Notes: a model not told the origin generated them from the letters alone. 64,000 bases of DNA from Camelus dromedarius (GCF_036321535.1 NC_087437.1:37760001-37824000), one strand, 5' to 3'; numbered from the stretch's first letter, positions 13,661-27,854 are shown. A program made the numbers and translations.

Positions 13661-14559
13661 TTTTTAAAATTTGCTATTGCCTCTCCTACAGATTTATGAT
13701 TTGATTTTTATGTGGTCTTTGGTATCACTATAACCCCACATATGGTGAGTGATGAATGTCAACAAACATTTTGTGCAAGTCATAACAACCTTTACTACTA
13801 AATTTTTCATTAAACACCTATTTCTTGGATTTTAAATATCTTGGTTCTTTGCTACTAAAAGAATTTACTGCAAAATGAAAGTTTCAGAAATGAGTGAAAT
13901 TATTGGTTGTAAATATTTAGCCTAAAATATATGACAGTAACCACTATAGCAAAGGTGTGGAGGCCACTACAAACTCTAGCAGGACCCCTCATCCTCTATT
14001 TCCTACGTATATTTCATGTACACTTAACTTCTGTTTTCCTACATTTCATATGACCCTCCACTAAATGGAGTCTTAACAGTTTTGTGAAACTCACAGGCCA
14101 TAAGACAGGCCAGGGACCACGGGCTGAGACAGCAAATGGTGCAGGGGCAATAATGTCAAATACTCCTCTATCACCACTTGAGACCAAAAAGAGGTACCTG
14201 TCTGTGTTGTTTAATATCGGAGAAAACTTTGTTTTTTCATGCATATAATACCAAGTTCCCTTGTCTCTAGAAAGGATCAGGAAAAGATAGAAGTGTTACA
14301 ACTAGTCTTCCCCCCCCCCCCAGATTATTTACATGCTAAAGGGAATATTCTGTTTACTTAACTGGTTCTCACACACTACTGGATTATACCATGGCCAAAC
14401 CTGGAAGCAAAAAAGTGGATGTTTACCATACCGAAATAATGATAAAGCAATCCATAATAAGAATTCTTAAAAATAAAAAAGATTTTGAAAATTTGGTACA
14501 AGTGCTAAAGTGAATAGGATGTAGGAACATCAAGGATAAACTACTGCTTTCTTAAGCCA

Positions 14560-14815
14560 AATGATAGGTAAATTCACCCTGGATATGGGTGAATTAACTC
14601 ATCTAGGAAGGAAGAGGTAATTTTGAGTGTTGATGAGTTTAACTTGCCCATGATCAGTTGTTGATAGCTGTGGTATATCTGAGTGGCAGTGCCCGGAAGA
14701 TGTTTGGAAATAGTGCTCTGGAGTACAGGAGAGTGTTGAAAGATAGAAATACATATTTGGAAGTTTTCAGCATATGGGCAGTACCTGAAATCATGTGAGA
14801 TGAAAGATTAGGTAA
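14560..14815 (-). mobile_element. LINE-2 fragment, antisense
   Basis: ttggaaatagtgctctggagtacaggagag...gatagaaatacatatttggaagttttcagcatatg resembles antisense L2. Confidence 0.65.
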
Positions 14816-14944
14816 GACATTTTGAGCACTAGTATTTGTTGAGCATTTCATTGACAGTTTCTGGGAATAGGACCAATGGCCTTTGTCTAGATATTAACAA
14901 CAAAGGAGAGTATGTAATACTATTACTTTACTCTAAATTACTTG

Positions 14945-15443
14945 TGTATTAGTTTCTTGTAGCTGTTATAACACTTTACCACAAACTTGGTGGTTTAAAA
15001 CAACAGAAACTCTTTCACAGTTCTGGATGCCAGAAGTCCAATAAATACTACTGGGCCTAAATCAAGGTGTTATCATATCCACATTATCTCTGGAGGCTCT
15101 AGGATAGAATTTGCTCCTTGCCTATTCCAGCTTCTGGGGGCTGCTAATACTCCTTGGCACATGGCCACATCATTCTAGTTTCTGTTTCTGTCATCACATT
15201 GTTTACTTCTTTTCTTCCTCTGTCATAAAATCTCTCTCTGCTTTCCTCTCTTTAAGGATACATGCAATTATATTTAAAGCCTATTCTGGTAATCCAGGAA
15301 GATGTCCCCATCTCAAGATCTTTAATATAATTAAGTGTGCAGAGCCTTTTGCTGACATGTAAGGTAACATTCACAGGTTCCAAGGATTAGGATATGGACT
15401 ACTTTTTTGGTGAGGGAAGAGATGCTATTATCAGCCTACCACA
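14945..15443 (-). mobile_element. MaLR solo LTR (MLT1C/D-like)
   Basis: TG...CA termini (tgtattagtttc...cctaccaca); accacaaacttggtggtttaaaacaacagaaa motif; 5-bp TSD acttg/atttg. Confidence 0.9.
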
Positions 15444-15524
15444 ATTTGTATCTACCTAATCAACATCAGTGTGTAGATTTTTCATCATCTCCAACATCAC
15501 CCCTGAATTTGGAAGGCTTGGGTG

Positions 15525-15712
15525 AAAAAAAAAAAGTGATGTGAAATATCTCATCATTTTTTATTGACTCTGAGTTGAAATGACATTTTGGATATGTTGT
15601 ATTAAATAAAATATGTATTTAAAATAATTTTACTTTTTAATTTTTTTTCAATATGGCTATTAGAAAATTGAAAATTGCATATGAAGTTAATGTTACAGTT
15701 CTTTTAGGACTA
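15525..15712 (-). mobile_element. MER33-like hAT-Charlie DNA transposon fragment
   Basis: gttgaaatgacattttggatatgttgtattaaataaaatatg...tggctattagaaaattgaaaattgcatatg matches antisense MER33 as recalled. Confidence 0.7.
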
Positions 15713-15907
15713 ACCTGGAATGTGTGTAAGTTTAAATCTCTTCATTTTATAAAGAAGTTGCTATTTTCTTACAAATAAATAATTACATTTCCTGAAGGCT
15801 GCATACTATGTTAATTAACTGCTCAATTTTATTCTATAGGTATACTCTGCTTTACTGTAATCTATATTTATTCAAATTATTTACTGCTGCTTTTCTTCAT
15901 TTCACAG

Positions 15908-16071
15908 CAGTCAACCAACAGGACTTCCTATGAAATCACTGACCACCGTGTGCTCCTCCAGCCTCTTTTAACTCCTGATTCTAGGAGCCTGAGAACTAAA
16001 GAGAACCACAAAGAGCCACAAGCACTCACCCTCAACCCTGATGAAGCAGTTCACAAAGGAAGTCTCACATG
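15908..16071 (+). other. Candidate internal exon (164 nt), product unknown
   Basis: Polypyrimidine tract plus acceptor ttttcttcatttcacag|cag and donor atg|gtgagt. One frame is open throughout: QSTNRTSYEITDHRVLLQPLLTPDSRSLRTKENHKEPQALTLNPDEAVHKGSLT. No homology recognised. Confidence 0.3.
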
Positions 16072-16329
16072 GTGAGTGTCAAATTGGCTGGCAATCTATT
16101 AGAACTAAAAAGAAATGAGGTAATTTGGGGGAGTTGGTGAGAAAATGAGGGGAAATTGTTTATGATGGTGAGGGACCTGAGGAAAATTTGTGGGTAGAAG
16201 AGTCTTCCAGGAAAGGAAATTTGAGATTTGAGGAGGCCTGTGGAAGAGTTGGAGACAAATCCTCAGAGGAGAAAATCTAGGAGGTTTTGAGCAGTAAATG
16301 TCTGTCGAGAGGGAGAAGGAAGGACACTA

Positions 16330-16490
16330 CTGTTTACTAAGACTGCACTGTCCACTGAGTACTTTCATGTATGTTATTCTAAATGTATTTGTAATATTCA
16401 TTTTTGCACACAAATTGAGGTACAGAAAGATGAAATGATTTCCCCAAGGTCACAGAACTAATAAGTATCAGGGGCAAATTTAGGATCTAT
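16330..16490 (-). mobile_element. MIR SINE fragment
   Basis: aaattgaggtacagaaagatgaaatgatttccccaaggtcacagaactaataagt is the antisense MIR core. Confidence 0.75.
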
Positions 16491-19400
16491 CAGTTAATGG
16501 GTGAATATTCCTTTAGAGTGTGAATCTGCAAGGTGGAAAACATGGCAAGAAAATTTGGGACACTTCCAAGATAGAAATCTATGTGTGCTTTGAGTTGGGG
16601 AGAGGGGAGGCAGGCCAAGGAAATATCTGTACCTGGAACCATTGTGGCAGGTGTCAGAACACACCACATCCAAAGGGCTCAGAAGAAATGGAATATTGGT
16701 TGGCCTTTTAACTAGTGAACGTTTTGAACTTGATGAGTTCCCTAGCATCCCACTGTATTTCTAATAAACTTAGACCTTTGCATTTTTAGATAAATGCCTG
16801 TAAGAAATAGAAGCATAGATAAACTTCAACACGGCTGAAACACCATGAAAAGACCAGTTCAAGTTTTAGTTCACTATTAAAATGGTGTTAGAAGGACTAT
16901 GCCAGCTCATAATTAGGTGACTTAAAGGTACCATGACACCACTTCATCCTTCAGAATTACCAATTATATGTTTCTCAGTGTATCCTATTCTCTTTAGAAA
17001 TCATTTCATTTTCATTTCACCCAGAACCTGCAAGGGCTCAACACCTTTTCTTCAAATATTAGCATTACCCTTGCTTCAGTGGACTCTTTTATTCTTGGGC
17101 TCTGAGAGACATTATTTTATTGTTGCCCTTCCTTGACACACTGTTGGTCTTTAATCACTTAAAAATTCAATTTGTAAGTAGATAAGAGAGTAACTGCTGG
17201 AGAAGAGTGGAGAGAAGAAAATCCTACAAACTAACAGACTTGGCCCAGCATAAATTTACCAAGTCCAAATATAACTTTTATTCTTGCTGCTCTTTGGCAG
17301 CCTCCTTTCATTAACTGCTTGGGGTTTTCCCTATTCTGAGTTCTCAATATTCTTCTTTACTTCTAGCTGTTAATCTTGCCTTTCATTTAGCCAAAATCAA
17401 GACACTTGACCCAAGCTCTCTGATTTCACCTCATTTCAGTCGATCACTGTCTCTACTTACATTTGGTTTCATCCTTCCCTGAAGTCTGAGGAAAGAAAGC
17501 ACTTTAAAGCAAGTATCTTTAACTAAGCTTTAGCTCAAATACCTTTTTGTTTTCTTAAAAAGGTAATTGTCATATTTACTTTTCTTCTATTATCTTGAAT
17601 TTCTCTTTGTTGACTCTTAACAGACATGGTAACTTTTTTTTTTTAAGTTTTGGTAAATCAGTAGGGAAATAACATATCATTATTCTTTAAATTAACCTTT
17701 TTTGAATTATGTGATTGAAAATTTAAATATTTAGCAGTCATTTTTTCCTGCCCAATGAATTATCTTTTGAATATTTATGCCCCTGTATCTATTGATGATT
17801 TAGTATAGATTTGGCAATGGTTTTTAAACTTACTTATGAATTAATATTAAGCATTTATTATTTCTATGACAAATATGTTTTTTGTTCATCTTACCAATGT
17901 CTAAGAAATGGTAGAAATTTCAAAGGTTTAATTTTGTGCAGGACATTAATCATTATTTCCCTTTGTGATATCTTCAAATGTTTCTATACTTAGAATGTCA
18001 CTTGATTTCTGTATTTCAGATTAATATATACTTAAATATGTTTACATTTCTGTTTTAATTTTACCAGTTTAAAGTTTTGAATTCATGTGGAATTATTTTA
18101 CTCTTTCTCATAATGTTACTAATTTATCATAGGTCATGAAAATAGCAAATCATCTTTGACTTGTCCAGGTTAATTCATAATCCATGTCCTTAATTTAGAA
18201 GGTACAGTTTTCCAAAATTAAATCATATTTGACAACTTTACTGATTATTCTATTAGATAGTAGACATAGTAATGATAAGAATTATGTCATATTTGTATTC
18301 TCAATGCACAGTATAATCCTTAATGTGTTATTTAATACTATGTATATACTTAATGGGCTTTCAATGAATGTTTGCTGAATTGGATTACAAAATTTGGTTA
18401 TCACATTAAGTCAATGCCATGGTAATTATTTTATTAATGCTTTTCAGGCTGTTCTTGAAACTGTGCTTTTGACCAAGTCAATTTATATATCATTCAGTTG
18501 TCCTCATTGCTTCTATATCCTCTCTTATTTCTATCCAGCTTCTGACCATGTTGGCATAATCTCCTCTCTGTTTCTCATTCTAGCATTTAGCTGCTTAATT
18601 TCAAAGGGCACATATTTTCTCAGTGTTGCTGCTTCTTTTCAACACTTCAGATGACCACCTATCTTCATTCTCTAGGGCTCCCTATCTGCATGAGCTTTTT
18701 TATGAGACTGGCCTTGTCCATTTATAAATATGGCAAGCTTCACTCCCCTAAAAGTCTCTACACTTTAGGCTTTCTTATATTACCTGCAATATGAACACAA
18801 AGACATAGTTGCTTGGTTAGTTGTTTATTGACCATATATTTTATTTTATGAGAATCATTTTAAATAGTGCTAGCTTTAGCAAAGACCAGAAGGATTCGGA
18901 GATTCCCAGTTGGAAATTGTTAAGCAGATTGCGTTTGCTAAGGAAAGGAACTCCATAGTGGATACATAAATTGTTTTAAAAAGATGAAGGAAATACAAGA
19001 ATTAAAATGCAAGAAAAGCAGGCAGATATCCTGGTATTTTTCTTAATATTGGAAAACAGCTTCCTATGTAGTCAGATGATCAAACTTTCTTAGAGGAAAG
19101 AGGCTAGAGAGGAGGGACAGGTAGTCAGAGATGAATGCAAGGAACTGAACAAGAAAATAGTATAAAGATCTTGACAGAATAAAATTAAGCACCAAATGAC
19201 CAAGTGTTTGTTGCCTTCTGTAAATTTTTTTTTTTAAGAAATAGACTTGAAGAAGAAGAAACAGTTGTACATGTTGTTTTAAGACTAGTGAGAAGAAAAA
19301 TGGTAAGTCAGAGACTAAAACTGTGTGGTTATGTCGTAAAGTAAGACTTATAGAAAGAAGACTTCACAGTCTTGCCTAAGGACACGTCTGTTCATCTTCA

Positions 19401-19559
19401 TCCATGTACTAGGCAAATAAAAAAATGTAGAGGTATTTCCTGTCTTGTATAACTCCACAGGTTCACATTTTCGTATGAACTATATCATAATTTTTGTAGG
19501 AACTTTAACATAATTTTCAAGTTTAATAAGCATAAAGTTATAGACCTGTAATGTCTCTC

Positions 19560-19770
19560 TGTGATTTATTAAATAATCACTGTAAGTCAAATACTATGCT
19601 ACATTCCTAAATCATGTTTCATTTTATTGACACAGAAACCCCATGAGGTAAACAAGTGTAATATCATTTTACAGATGAGGAGACTGAAGTTTAAGGAAAT
19701 CAGGTAACTTGTGAGGGTCACAAAAATATAAGTGGTGTAGCTGAGAAATTAAACCTAGGAATCTGATTAG
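19560..19770 (-). mobile_element. MIR SINE
   Basis: cattttacagatgaggagactgaagtttaaggaaatcaggtaacttgtgagggtcaca is the antisense MIR core. Confidence 0.8.
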
Positions 19771-20555
19771 TCATCCATGGATTTAATAGTTGTATTTACA
19801 AAATATATTACATATTTGTTTTCATTAGTAAGTGGTAATACTAATAACAATGTACATTTTTATTGATGACTCAGAATCTTAACAATAGTCATTTAAAATG
19901 ATGAAAGTGATGTAGTTAATTGGATTAATTCTAAATATAAAAGGTCATATCCTCTCTCTGGATCTTCTGAATAAATCCATACCCCGTGACCTTTTGATAA
20001 CTTTATTTATTGCAAATGTAAGAACTAATAAGTAAAGTGAAGTGGGTACCTTGGTAAAGAATGTTAATACTGAGACAGGTGTCTCATCATGTTAGCCTAT
20101 GTAGCAATACTTGATAATTCCAAAATTTAGAGTGGTAGACTATTGAAATATAATTCTGCTTTTTAAAATTTCTTTGGAGATTTTAAACGAAAGAGAATAT
20201 TGAAGAGTAAAGAATCTACTAAAGATGAGGTAGGCTTATGGGAATGATAGCGTTGAACAGACCAGGACATTTTATCAGGAAGGTGAGTTTACATATTGCT
20301 TCAAAGGAAATGCATAAAAAAGAAATTAGGCAACGAAAAGAATGTTTTGTTGGTTTATTTTTGTTATGCTATGACATGCCAGCTGGAAGTAACCTATGTT
20401 TCCATTAACCTCTGCTCCGTTGCTGCTGAAGGGATAGCTTTATGGCTGAAGATTGCTTCTAATCATCTGAGTTTGGGGAAAAGAGCCCATTATAGGCCCT
20501 TTGAGTTTATTGTTCCATTTGAAAAAGAAACCCTAAGAAAACCTTTCTTGATTTC

Positions 20556-23500
20556 TTTTTTTTTTTTTTTAGCCTGGTTTGTTGTTGTTGTTTTGGTAAA
20601 ATACATGCAACATGAAATCTACCATCTTAATCATTTTAAGTGTACATTTCAGTGGTATAAAATGCATTCATAATGTTATGCAACAATCACCACTATCCAA
20701 TCCATCTATATAACTTTTCCTCTTGAAGAACTGAAACTCTATACTTATTAAACAATAATTTCTCATTCTTTCTTCCCTCAGCCTCTGCCAAACACCATTC
20801 TACTTTTTCTAAGAATCTGCCTACTTTAGATACCTTATATAAGTGAAGTCATACAGTATTCATCTTTTTGTGACTAGTATGTTTGACCTAGCAAAATGTG
20901 CTCAAGGCTCATCCATGCTGTAGCATATTTCAGAATTCCCTTTGTTTTTAAGGCTGAATAATACTCCGCTTTAATTATATACTTTATTTTGCTCTTCTAC
21001 TCATCCATTGATGAGCCCTTGGGTTGCTTCCATATTTTAGCTATTGTGAATAATGCTACTATGAACATGGGTGTATGAATGTCATTTTGAAACCCTGCTT
21101 TCAGTTCTTTTGAGTATATACACAGAAGTGGACTTGCTGGATAATTTGGTAATTCTATTTTTAATTTTCTGAGAAACTGTCATACTGTTTTCCACAGTGG
21201 CTTTACTTTTTTGTATTTCTACCAATAGTGCACAGGAATTCCAACTTCACATCATCACCAATAGTTATTTTGTTTTATTTTTTAATATCAGCCATCTTAA
21301 TGAGTGTGCAGTGGTAACTCATTGTACTTTTGATTTGCATGTCCTTAATTATTAGTGATATTGAGCATATTTTCATGTGCTTATTGGCCATTTGTATATC
21401 TTCTTTGGAGAAATATCTGTTCAAGTCTTTTGTCCACTTTTTAATTAGGTTGTTTATTTATTTGCTGTTGAGGTTTGGGAGTTCTCTATATATTCTGGAT
21501 ATTAATCTTTTATCAAAAATGATTTAAAAATATTTTCTCATTCTTTGACTTGCTTTTTTCTCTGTGTCTTTTGATGTGCAATTAAAAATTTCATAAAGTC
21601 TGTCTTGTCTATTTTTTTCATTGTTGCCTGTGCCTTTGATGTCAAGAAATCATTGCCAGTCCAATAGCATGAAGTGCTTGTCTTGTGCTTTCTTTTAAGA
21701 GTTTTACAGTTTTTTTCATTTTACATTTAGGTCTTTGATTCATTTTCAGTTAATTTTTGTATATAGTATTAGATGAGGTTCCATCTTTTTTGCATGAGGA
21801 AATCCAGTTTTCCCAACACTATTTGTTAAAAAGACTATCCTTTCCCTATTGGATGGTCTTGGCACCTTGTCAAAAATCATCTTACCATACATACATCTGA
21901 AGTTAATTTCTAGTATTCTCTGTTCCATTCCATTGGTCTGTTTGTCTGCCTTTGTGCTAGTACCATGCTGTCTTAATTACTATAGCTTTGTTGTAAGTTT
22001 TGATAACAGGAAGTGTGAGGCCTCCAACTTTTTTCTTCTTTTTTAAAATTGTTTTGTATAATGAGTCCCTAGAGATTCTACATGAATTTTACAATTGACT
22101 TTTTTATTTCTTCAAAATGTCATTGATATTTTGATAGGGATTGCATGATCTGTAGAGCACTTTGGATAGTAAGGACATCTTAAGACTATTGAATCTTCCA
22201 ATTCATTAATGTGGACTATGTGTCCATTTCTTTATATCTTCCTTATTTTTTTTCAGCAGTGTTTTATAGTTTTCATTTTACAAGTCTTTCCTCTCCTACC
22301 TTAAGTTAATTTCTAAGTATTTTATTCTTACTTTTTCCTACTGTAAATTGAATTGTTTTCATAATTTCTTCTTCAGATTGTTCACTATTAGCGTATAGAA
22401 ATGTAACTGATTTTTGTGTGTTGACCTTATATCCTGCTACTTTGCTGAACCCATTTATTAGTTGTAATAGTTTTCTTGTAGAATCTTTAGGATTTTCTAC
22501 ATATGAGATCATATCATCTGTGAACAAAGATCTTTTTACTTCTTCCTTTTCAGTTTGCTTGTCTTTTTTCTTGCCTAATTGCTCTGGCTAGAACTTACAG
22601 TGATATGTTGAAGAGAAATGGCAAAAGTAATGCATTCTTGCCTTCTTACTGATCTTTGAAGAAAAGCTTTCAGTTTTTTACAACTGAGTATGATGCTAGC
22701 TGGGGGTTTCCTGTTGGTTTCTACTATATAGAGGCAGTTTCCATTTAGTCTTAGTTTGTTGACTATTTTTATCAGAAGAGGGTGTTGAATTTTGTCACCT
22801 TTTGCAGCTTTTGCTGCATTCATTGAGATGATAATGTGTGTTGTTTTTCCTTCATTCTGTTAATGTGGTATACTACACTGATTTTCATATGTTGAACCAT
22901 CATTGCATTCCAGGAATAAATCCCACTTGATCTTGTTGTATAATCTATTTAATACGTTGCTGAATTTAGTTTGCTAGTATTTTGGTGAGGACTTTTGCAT
23001 CTAAGTTCATGTGGGATATTGGTCTGTAGTTTCCTTTTCTTGCAGTGTCTTTGCCTGGTTTGTATCAGGGCAATGCTGGCCTCAGAGATTGAGTTAGGAA
23101 GTGTTCTCACCTCCTCTTCAGTTTTTTGGAAGAGTTTGAGAGGAATTGGCACTAGTTTTTTAAATGCTTGGTAGAATTCACCAGTAATGTCAACAGACCC
23201 TGTTTTTGTTTCAGTTGCTGTTGTTTTTTGTTTTTTCTTGGGGGGGGTCAGGAGATTTTGGATTAGTGATTCAATCTCATAACTAGTTATGGGTCATTCA
23301 TGTTTTCTATTTATTTATGATTTAATGTTGGTAGGTTGTGTGTTTCTAGAAATCTGTTAGTTTTATCTAAGTTATCCAATTTGTTAGCATACACAAGAAA
23401 AAAATAAATCAACAGAACTGCCTGAAAAAGATTTGATGGCAGATCTACAAGACAGAAACTTTAAAACAGTTGTCTTAAAAATGTTAAAAGAGCAAAGGGA

Positions 23501-24486
23501 GATGTAGATAAAGCAAAGAAAATGATGTATGGAGAAAATGGAAATGTTAATAAAGAGACAGAAAACCTAAAAGTAACCAGAAAGAAACTCTAGAGCTAGA
23601 AAGTACAACTACTGAAATAAAAAATTTACTGGAGGGATGCAAAGGCAGATTTGACCAAGTAGAAAAAAGAATTAGTATACTTGTGGATAAAACAAATAAT
23701 TTTATGTCTTTTTGTATGCTATGTGATTTTTTTGTTGCTGTTGAAAACTAGACCTTTAAATCTGATAATGTAACTCTGGAAAACGTATTCTCCCTCAACC
23801 TCAGGGTTTGCTGGTTTTTGCTTTTGTTTTATTGCTATAGCCTGTCTCTGTGATAGGAATCACTCTAAAGTGGAAATATTAGATTGTCTCAGGTATTTTC
23901 TGAGCCTTTGCATTTCCCTAGATATGCACATTCAGTTTCTAACTTGTCCCATAAAGGCAGTTCCTTTTGAATACCCTAGGTTTTATGTCTGGCCTCATAA
24001 AGGAAAAAAAAATTTTTAAAATAAAAAATGAAGGGGAGAAAAGGGCAACAACCCTGTAAGTCCCCTCGAAGTCATTATAGCCTGAGGTGGAAGAGCTTGA
24101 AGTAAAGTGAGGAAGTGTACCTGCCTCTTTGGTGTATCTCTGAGAGTAAAAACAGCAACCAACAGCTAGAACAGAGATCCTCAATATTTAGAGGACAGAG
24201 TCCTTTTTTTCTCCTCCTGCAAGATGCATTCAGGCTGCTCCAAAACCACCTGCACAGCTGCCTGCCTGGGGCTGGGGCTGAGGATCCATAGCTTCTATTG
24301 TGGCAAGAGTTGAAACTAATGAAATTAACCAGTTACCACCCAAGCTTTTCCCTGGTTGTTGCAAGCCTTCAATAGAATCCGGAGTTCCAAAATAATTGTA
24401 TCAGACAGCTTTTACCAGTGCAATTTTTGTTCAGGTGGGGAATCAGTTCCAGGTGCTTCTTACTCCTCTGTCTTCTCAGAACTCTC
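20556..24486 (-). mobile_element. LINE-1 (L1MB-like) with both ends, a large internal deletion and an inverted ORF1 segment at 23394-23695
   Basis: Poly-T at 20556-20570, then antisense 3'UTR and ORF2. Minus ORF 22306-22527 reads FTDDMISYVENPKDSTRKLLQLINGFSKVAGYKVN (RT FADD region). Plus-strand ORF1 coiled-coil LELESTTTEIKNLLEGCKGRFDQVEKRIS. 5'UTR-like sequence at 23697-24486. Confidence 0.9.
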
Positions 24487-25129
24487 TTGCTTGATGTTTT
24501 AAAATAGTTACAATTTTAAGTGGCTGAATTATTTTTTCCTTATTTTAAATAAGTTGAATTTAAAAATAATAAAATGAAATAGCTATTGACTTACTTCAGC
24601 TACCATAGTAGGAGTGTTTTATTATTATTAATTAAAATACACTAATTATATTTATATTCATTATATGCTTAAGAATATATATCATATCAGTGAAATGATT
24701 TTTTTAATCTTTTTTTATTTAAGAATAACACTTCTTTTACCAATAGTGCAGGTAATTATGCATTTTTCTAATCAGTAGAAGAATACATATGTAATAGAGA
24801 AAATATTAAGTATGAACATCTTGTCTTTTTTCTACATATTATCATCAAATTATCTCTGAACTTGGATTAATGGAGAGAAAGAAACATTTAAACTTTTGGC
24901 AGTTGCCTTTTTTTGTTCAGTTACTTGGTTAAATCAAGCCTAATCACTTTTACCAAGCTTGACCCTTCAATCATTTCCCTGTTGAGATGTAGAACAGTGT
25001 CATTTATCCTTATGTGCTTAGGAGATTTTTATCCTAAGTCACAAACAATGATAGTCTCAGCCTGTTATCATACTGACAGATTGGCAACTTTGCAACCTGC
25101 AGAAGACATTTTAAAAGAATATTTATTTT

Positions 25130-25760
25130 TCATTCATCATGCATTGAATTACTAAAACACTCATTAAGTGCCTGTTATGTGTATAAGGTACTGCTTGAAG
25201 TACTATGGATGTAGAAGAGATCAAGGCATGGTATCTGTCTTTAAGGAACTTCTAGACCAGTAGTGAGAAGTAAAGCTGGCTACAAAAACAAGTTTATTGA
25301 AAAATCACCTTTTTTTTTTGTTGTTGTTAGACTTCAGTATGAGACTCAATAAAAGATAAAAGAAAAGGCTATTTTATACTTAGGGTCAGGAAATAGTCAT
25401 AGAGGAAGTGACACTAAGTGTCTTAAAAGATGAGACAGCCTAGTAGGGAAAGGGATTGGTGGATTGAATTGCAACCTGAGGAACTTGCGTGCTAAATAGA
25501 GGGACTAGAATGGATAAAGACAAAGAATAAAACCATACGGCATAGTTTGGGAACTGTAAGTCATTTGGGATGGCCAGAGTGTAGGTTATGAGGGGAGTCA
25601 TGGTAAATACTATGACTATGAGAGGTAGGCAGGGCCCAGGTCTTGTCAAACCTTGATAACAAGCTCAGGTGTTTAGGTTTATTATAAATGAAAGATTATA
25701 TATATGGAAATACAATAAACATATTTGCAGTTCAGAAAACATCCAACCCCTGTAGCACTC
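25130..25760 (-). mobile_element. LINE-2 3' fragment, antisense
   Basis: ttcattcatcat...cattaagtgcctgttatgtgtataaggtactgct...ggtatctgtctttaaggaacttctagaccagtag; agaggtaggcagggcccagg. Confidence 0.75.
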
Positions 25761-26139
25761 TGGGTACTGTGAAATGCATATGTGTGAGAGTTAGAGATAG
25801 ACAACGGAGAGTCAAATTATGATATTATTACACAACCTGAGTCCTTGGGTCAGCCTATTTCCGTTTCTTCCATGTGATTCAGCACTTGTCTTGTAGGGAA
25901 CTTGTGCCCAACCCGGTTCTGGTTGTGGCTTTCTGAATGATTCCTTCTATTAGAGATGTCTGTTCTAACACAAGGAAAAGTTCCTATTTTGGCTTTTGAG
26001 ACTAGTTGTATATTTAGCAATTTTTAAGACCTCATATTAGTTTTGTTTCTTTATAGAATGGGAACATCTCAATGAGTTGAGTTGGCTATTTTAAACTAAA
26101 AGTTAATTTCTCTATCTTTTTTAAACATGCATTTGTGGT

Positions 26140-27850
26140 TTGTTTTAAAAAACAAAGTGGCATTCAACTGTAATAATATTAAAAAATCTTAATATTGACA
26201 AGTATAAATCTTAACTGAAAAAAATCATGTAGTCTTAAGACTTGCTTCTCCCCAGTGGTTACCCTCTCTAGAGGCAATGACTTTCATTTTCCTGTTCCTT
26301 GGTATTTAAATACATATTTCTAAATGATGTGTTTTATTAGCATTTCTTATTATTTTTAATTCACAAATTAAAATAATTTATTAATTCACTGCCCTGGTGG
26401 CTGAGGATTTAGTGCTCTACCACATTTTCCCAATATTAGTAAAATCAGTTATCAATTTTCACAATAGATGATAATGAATAAGGCCACTTCAAATCTAAGT
26501 TGTTTACTATAAGAACATTTCTTTTTCTGTATATCCTTTCTTGCATCAGCTTTCACTTGTATAATATTCTCTTTAAATATAGATTTGATTTTTTAAATAT
26601 TTAATTAGATTATCTATTTATTGGTATCTCCAATTTGTCATAAATTCATTCTTTCTTGTCTCTATTTTCCAACTGTGGTCTGAGCTGGTGGTTCTTTTGT
26701 CATCTTGGTTCATTGTCTCACCTTTATCCCTGATGAGATTCATTATTTCCTGAGTCCTGTATCTTGATTTGATTCATTGGTTGATTAGTTGACTGATAAC
26801 CCCTTGTCCTTGGAGTGTATCTTTAAGAACACACCTACGAAAAGTTACACGGAAGAGTATTTTTATGGATCTTCATGTGTCTGACTATGTTTTATTTTTT
26901 TATTAAACTTTATGGCTGAATAGACCTTTAATCTACCTTAAATTTTAAGTTTTATTTAGATATTGAAAATTACTTGTCCCCTCATAGCTTTAGTAGCTTT
27001 TAGAGTCAATGTGAAAAATCTGATGCCATTCTGAATCCCACTTTTTGCTTTTGACATGTTTTTCTCTGAAAGACTTTAGGCTCCCTTTGTTATTTCTGGT
27101 ATTCTGAATCATATTGATGTGTCTTGATGTACTTACTATGTGACCTTCCAAGCCAGCTACTTATGAAGTTCTTTGATAGTTTGTTCTGTTACTTCCCTGA
27201 TAATTTCCTTCACTTTCCATTTTCTAATCTTTTCCAGAACTTTTTTCAGTCAGACATTAGGCCTCCTGGATCTAGTCTTCTAGGTCTCTTATCTTTCCTT
27301 TTAGTTTCTCTTTTCTCTCATTTATTTTTCACTATGAAATATATAATACACATAGAAACTTAAAAATATATATATATATATATACTGTTTAAATCATAAT
27401 AATAAAATGAATATTCTTGTACTAAACTCCCAAGTTAAGAAGAAATAGAACATTACAAATAACTTAGAAGCTTTTGATGTTTCACTTAAGAAATATAAGC
27501 CCTCTGGATTAAAGACATTTGTATCTATTCATAGTTAAGGGATATCTCTCTTTTTTTCCTTTTCTTTTTTGAGTGAATATTCTATTGGAAAGATATATTT
27601 TTTCTTCTTTACCAAGTTAGAATGGTTAATGATTTTTCTACTATTAACGTAAGACTATATTCATTGGACAAATCCATAATGGCCTTTTTTATGTTTTTCC
27701 TTTGGTTTAATGAATATTTTGCATAGGATCCTTGCTTCAGTATTCATAGATACAATTCATTTGTAAATTTTCTTTCTCCTACTATGTTTAAGTTTGAAAA
27801 CAAGTTAAGGAGTGTTCTCTCTTAGCCAGTTCTCTGAGAGTGTTAAAGTT
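26140..27850 (-). mobile_element. Highly decayed L1ME-like fragments
   Basis: Antisense old-L1 motifs (gaaaaatctgatgccattctgaatccc; atgaaatatataatacacatagaaa...ccaagttaagaagaaatagaacattac). Confidence 0.55.
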
Positions 27851-27854
27851 ATAT

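Noticed and set aside
19239..19302. Peptide ...VHVVLRLVRRKM resembling the ubiquitin C-terminus
   Set aside because: Too short, lacks the RGG end and any upstream ubiquitin similarity
26728..26760. ctgatgag hammerhead-core-like motif (also near 28605 and 36120)
   Set aside because: No stem II/GAAA/stem III arrangement; all lie in decayed repeats
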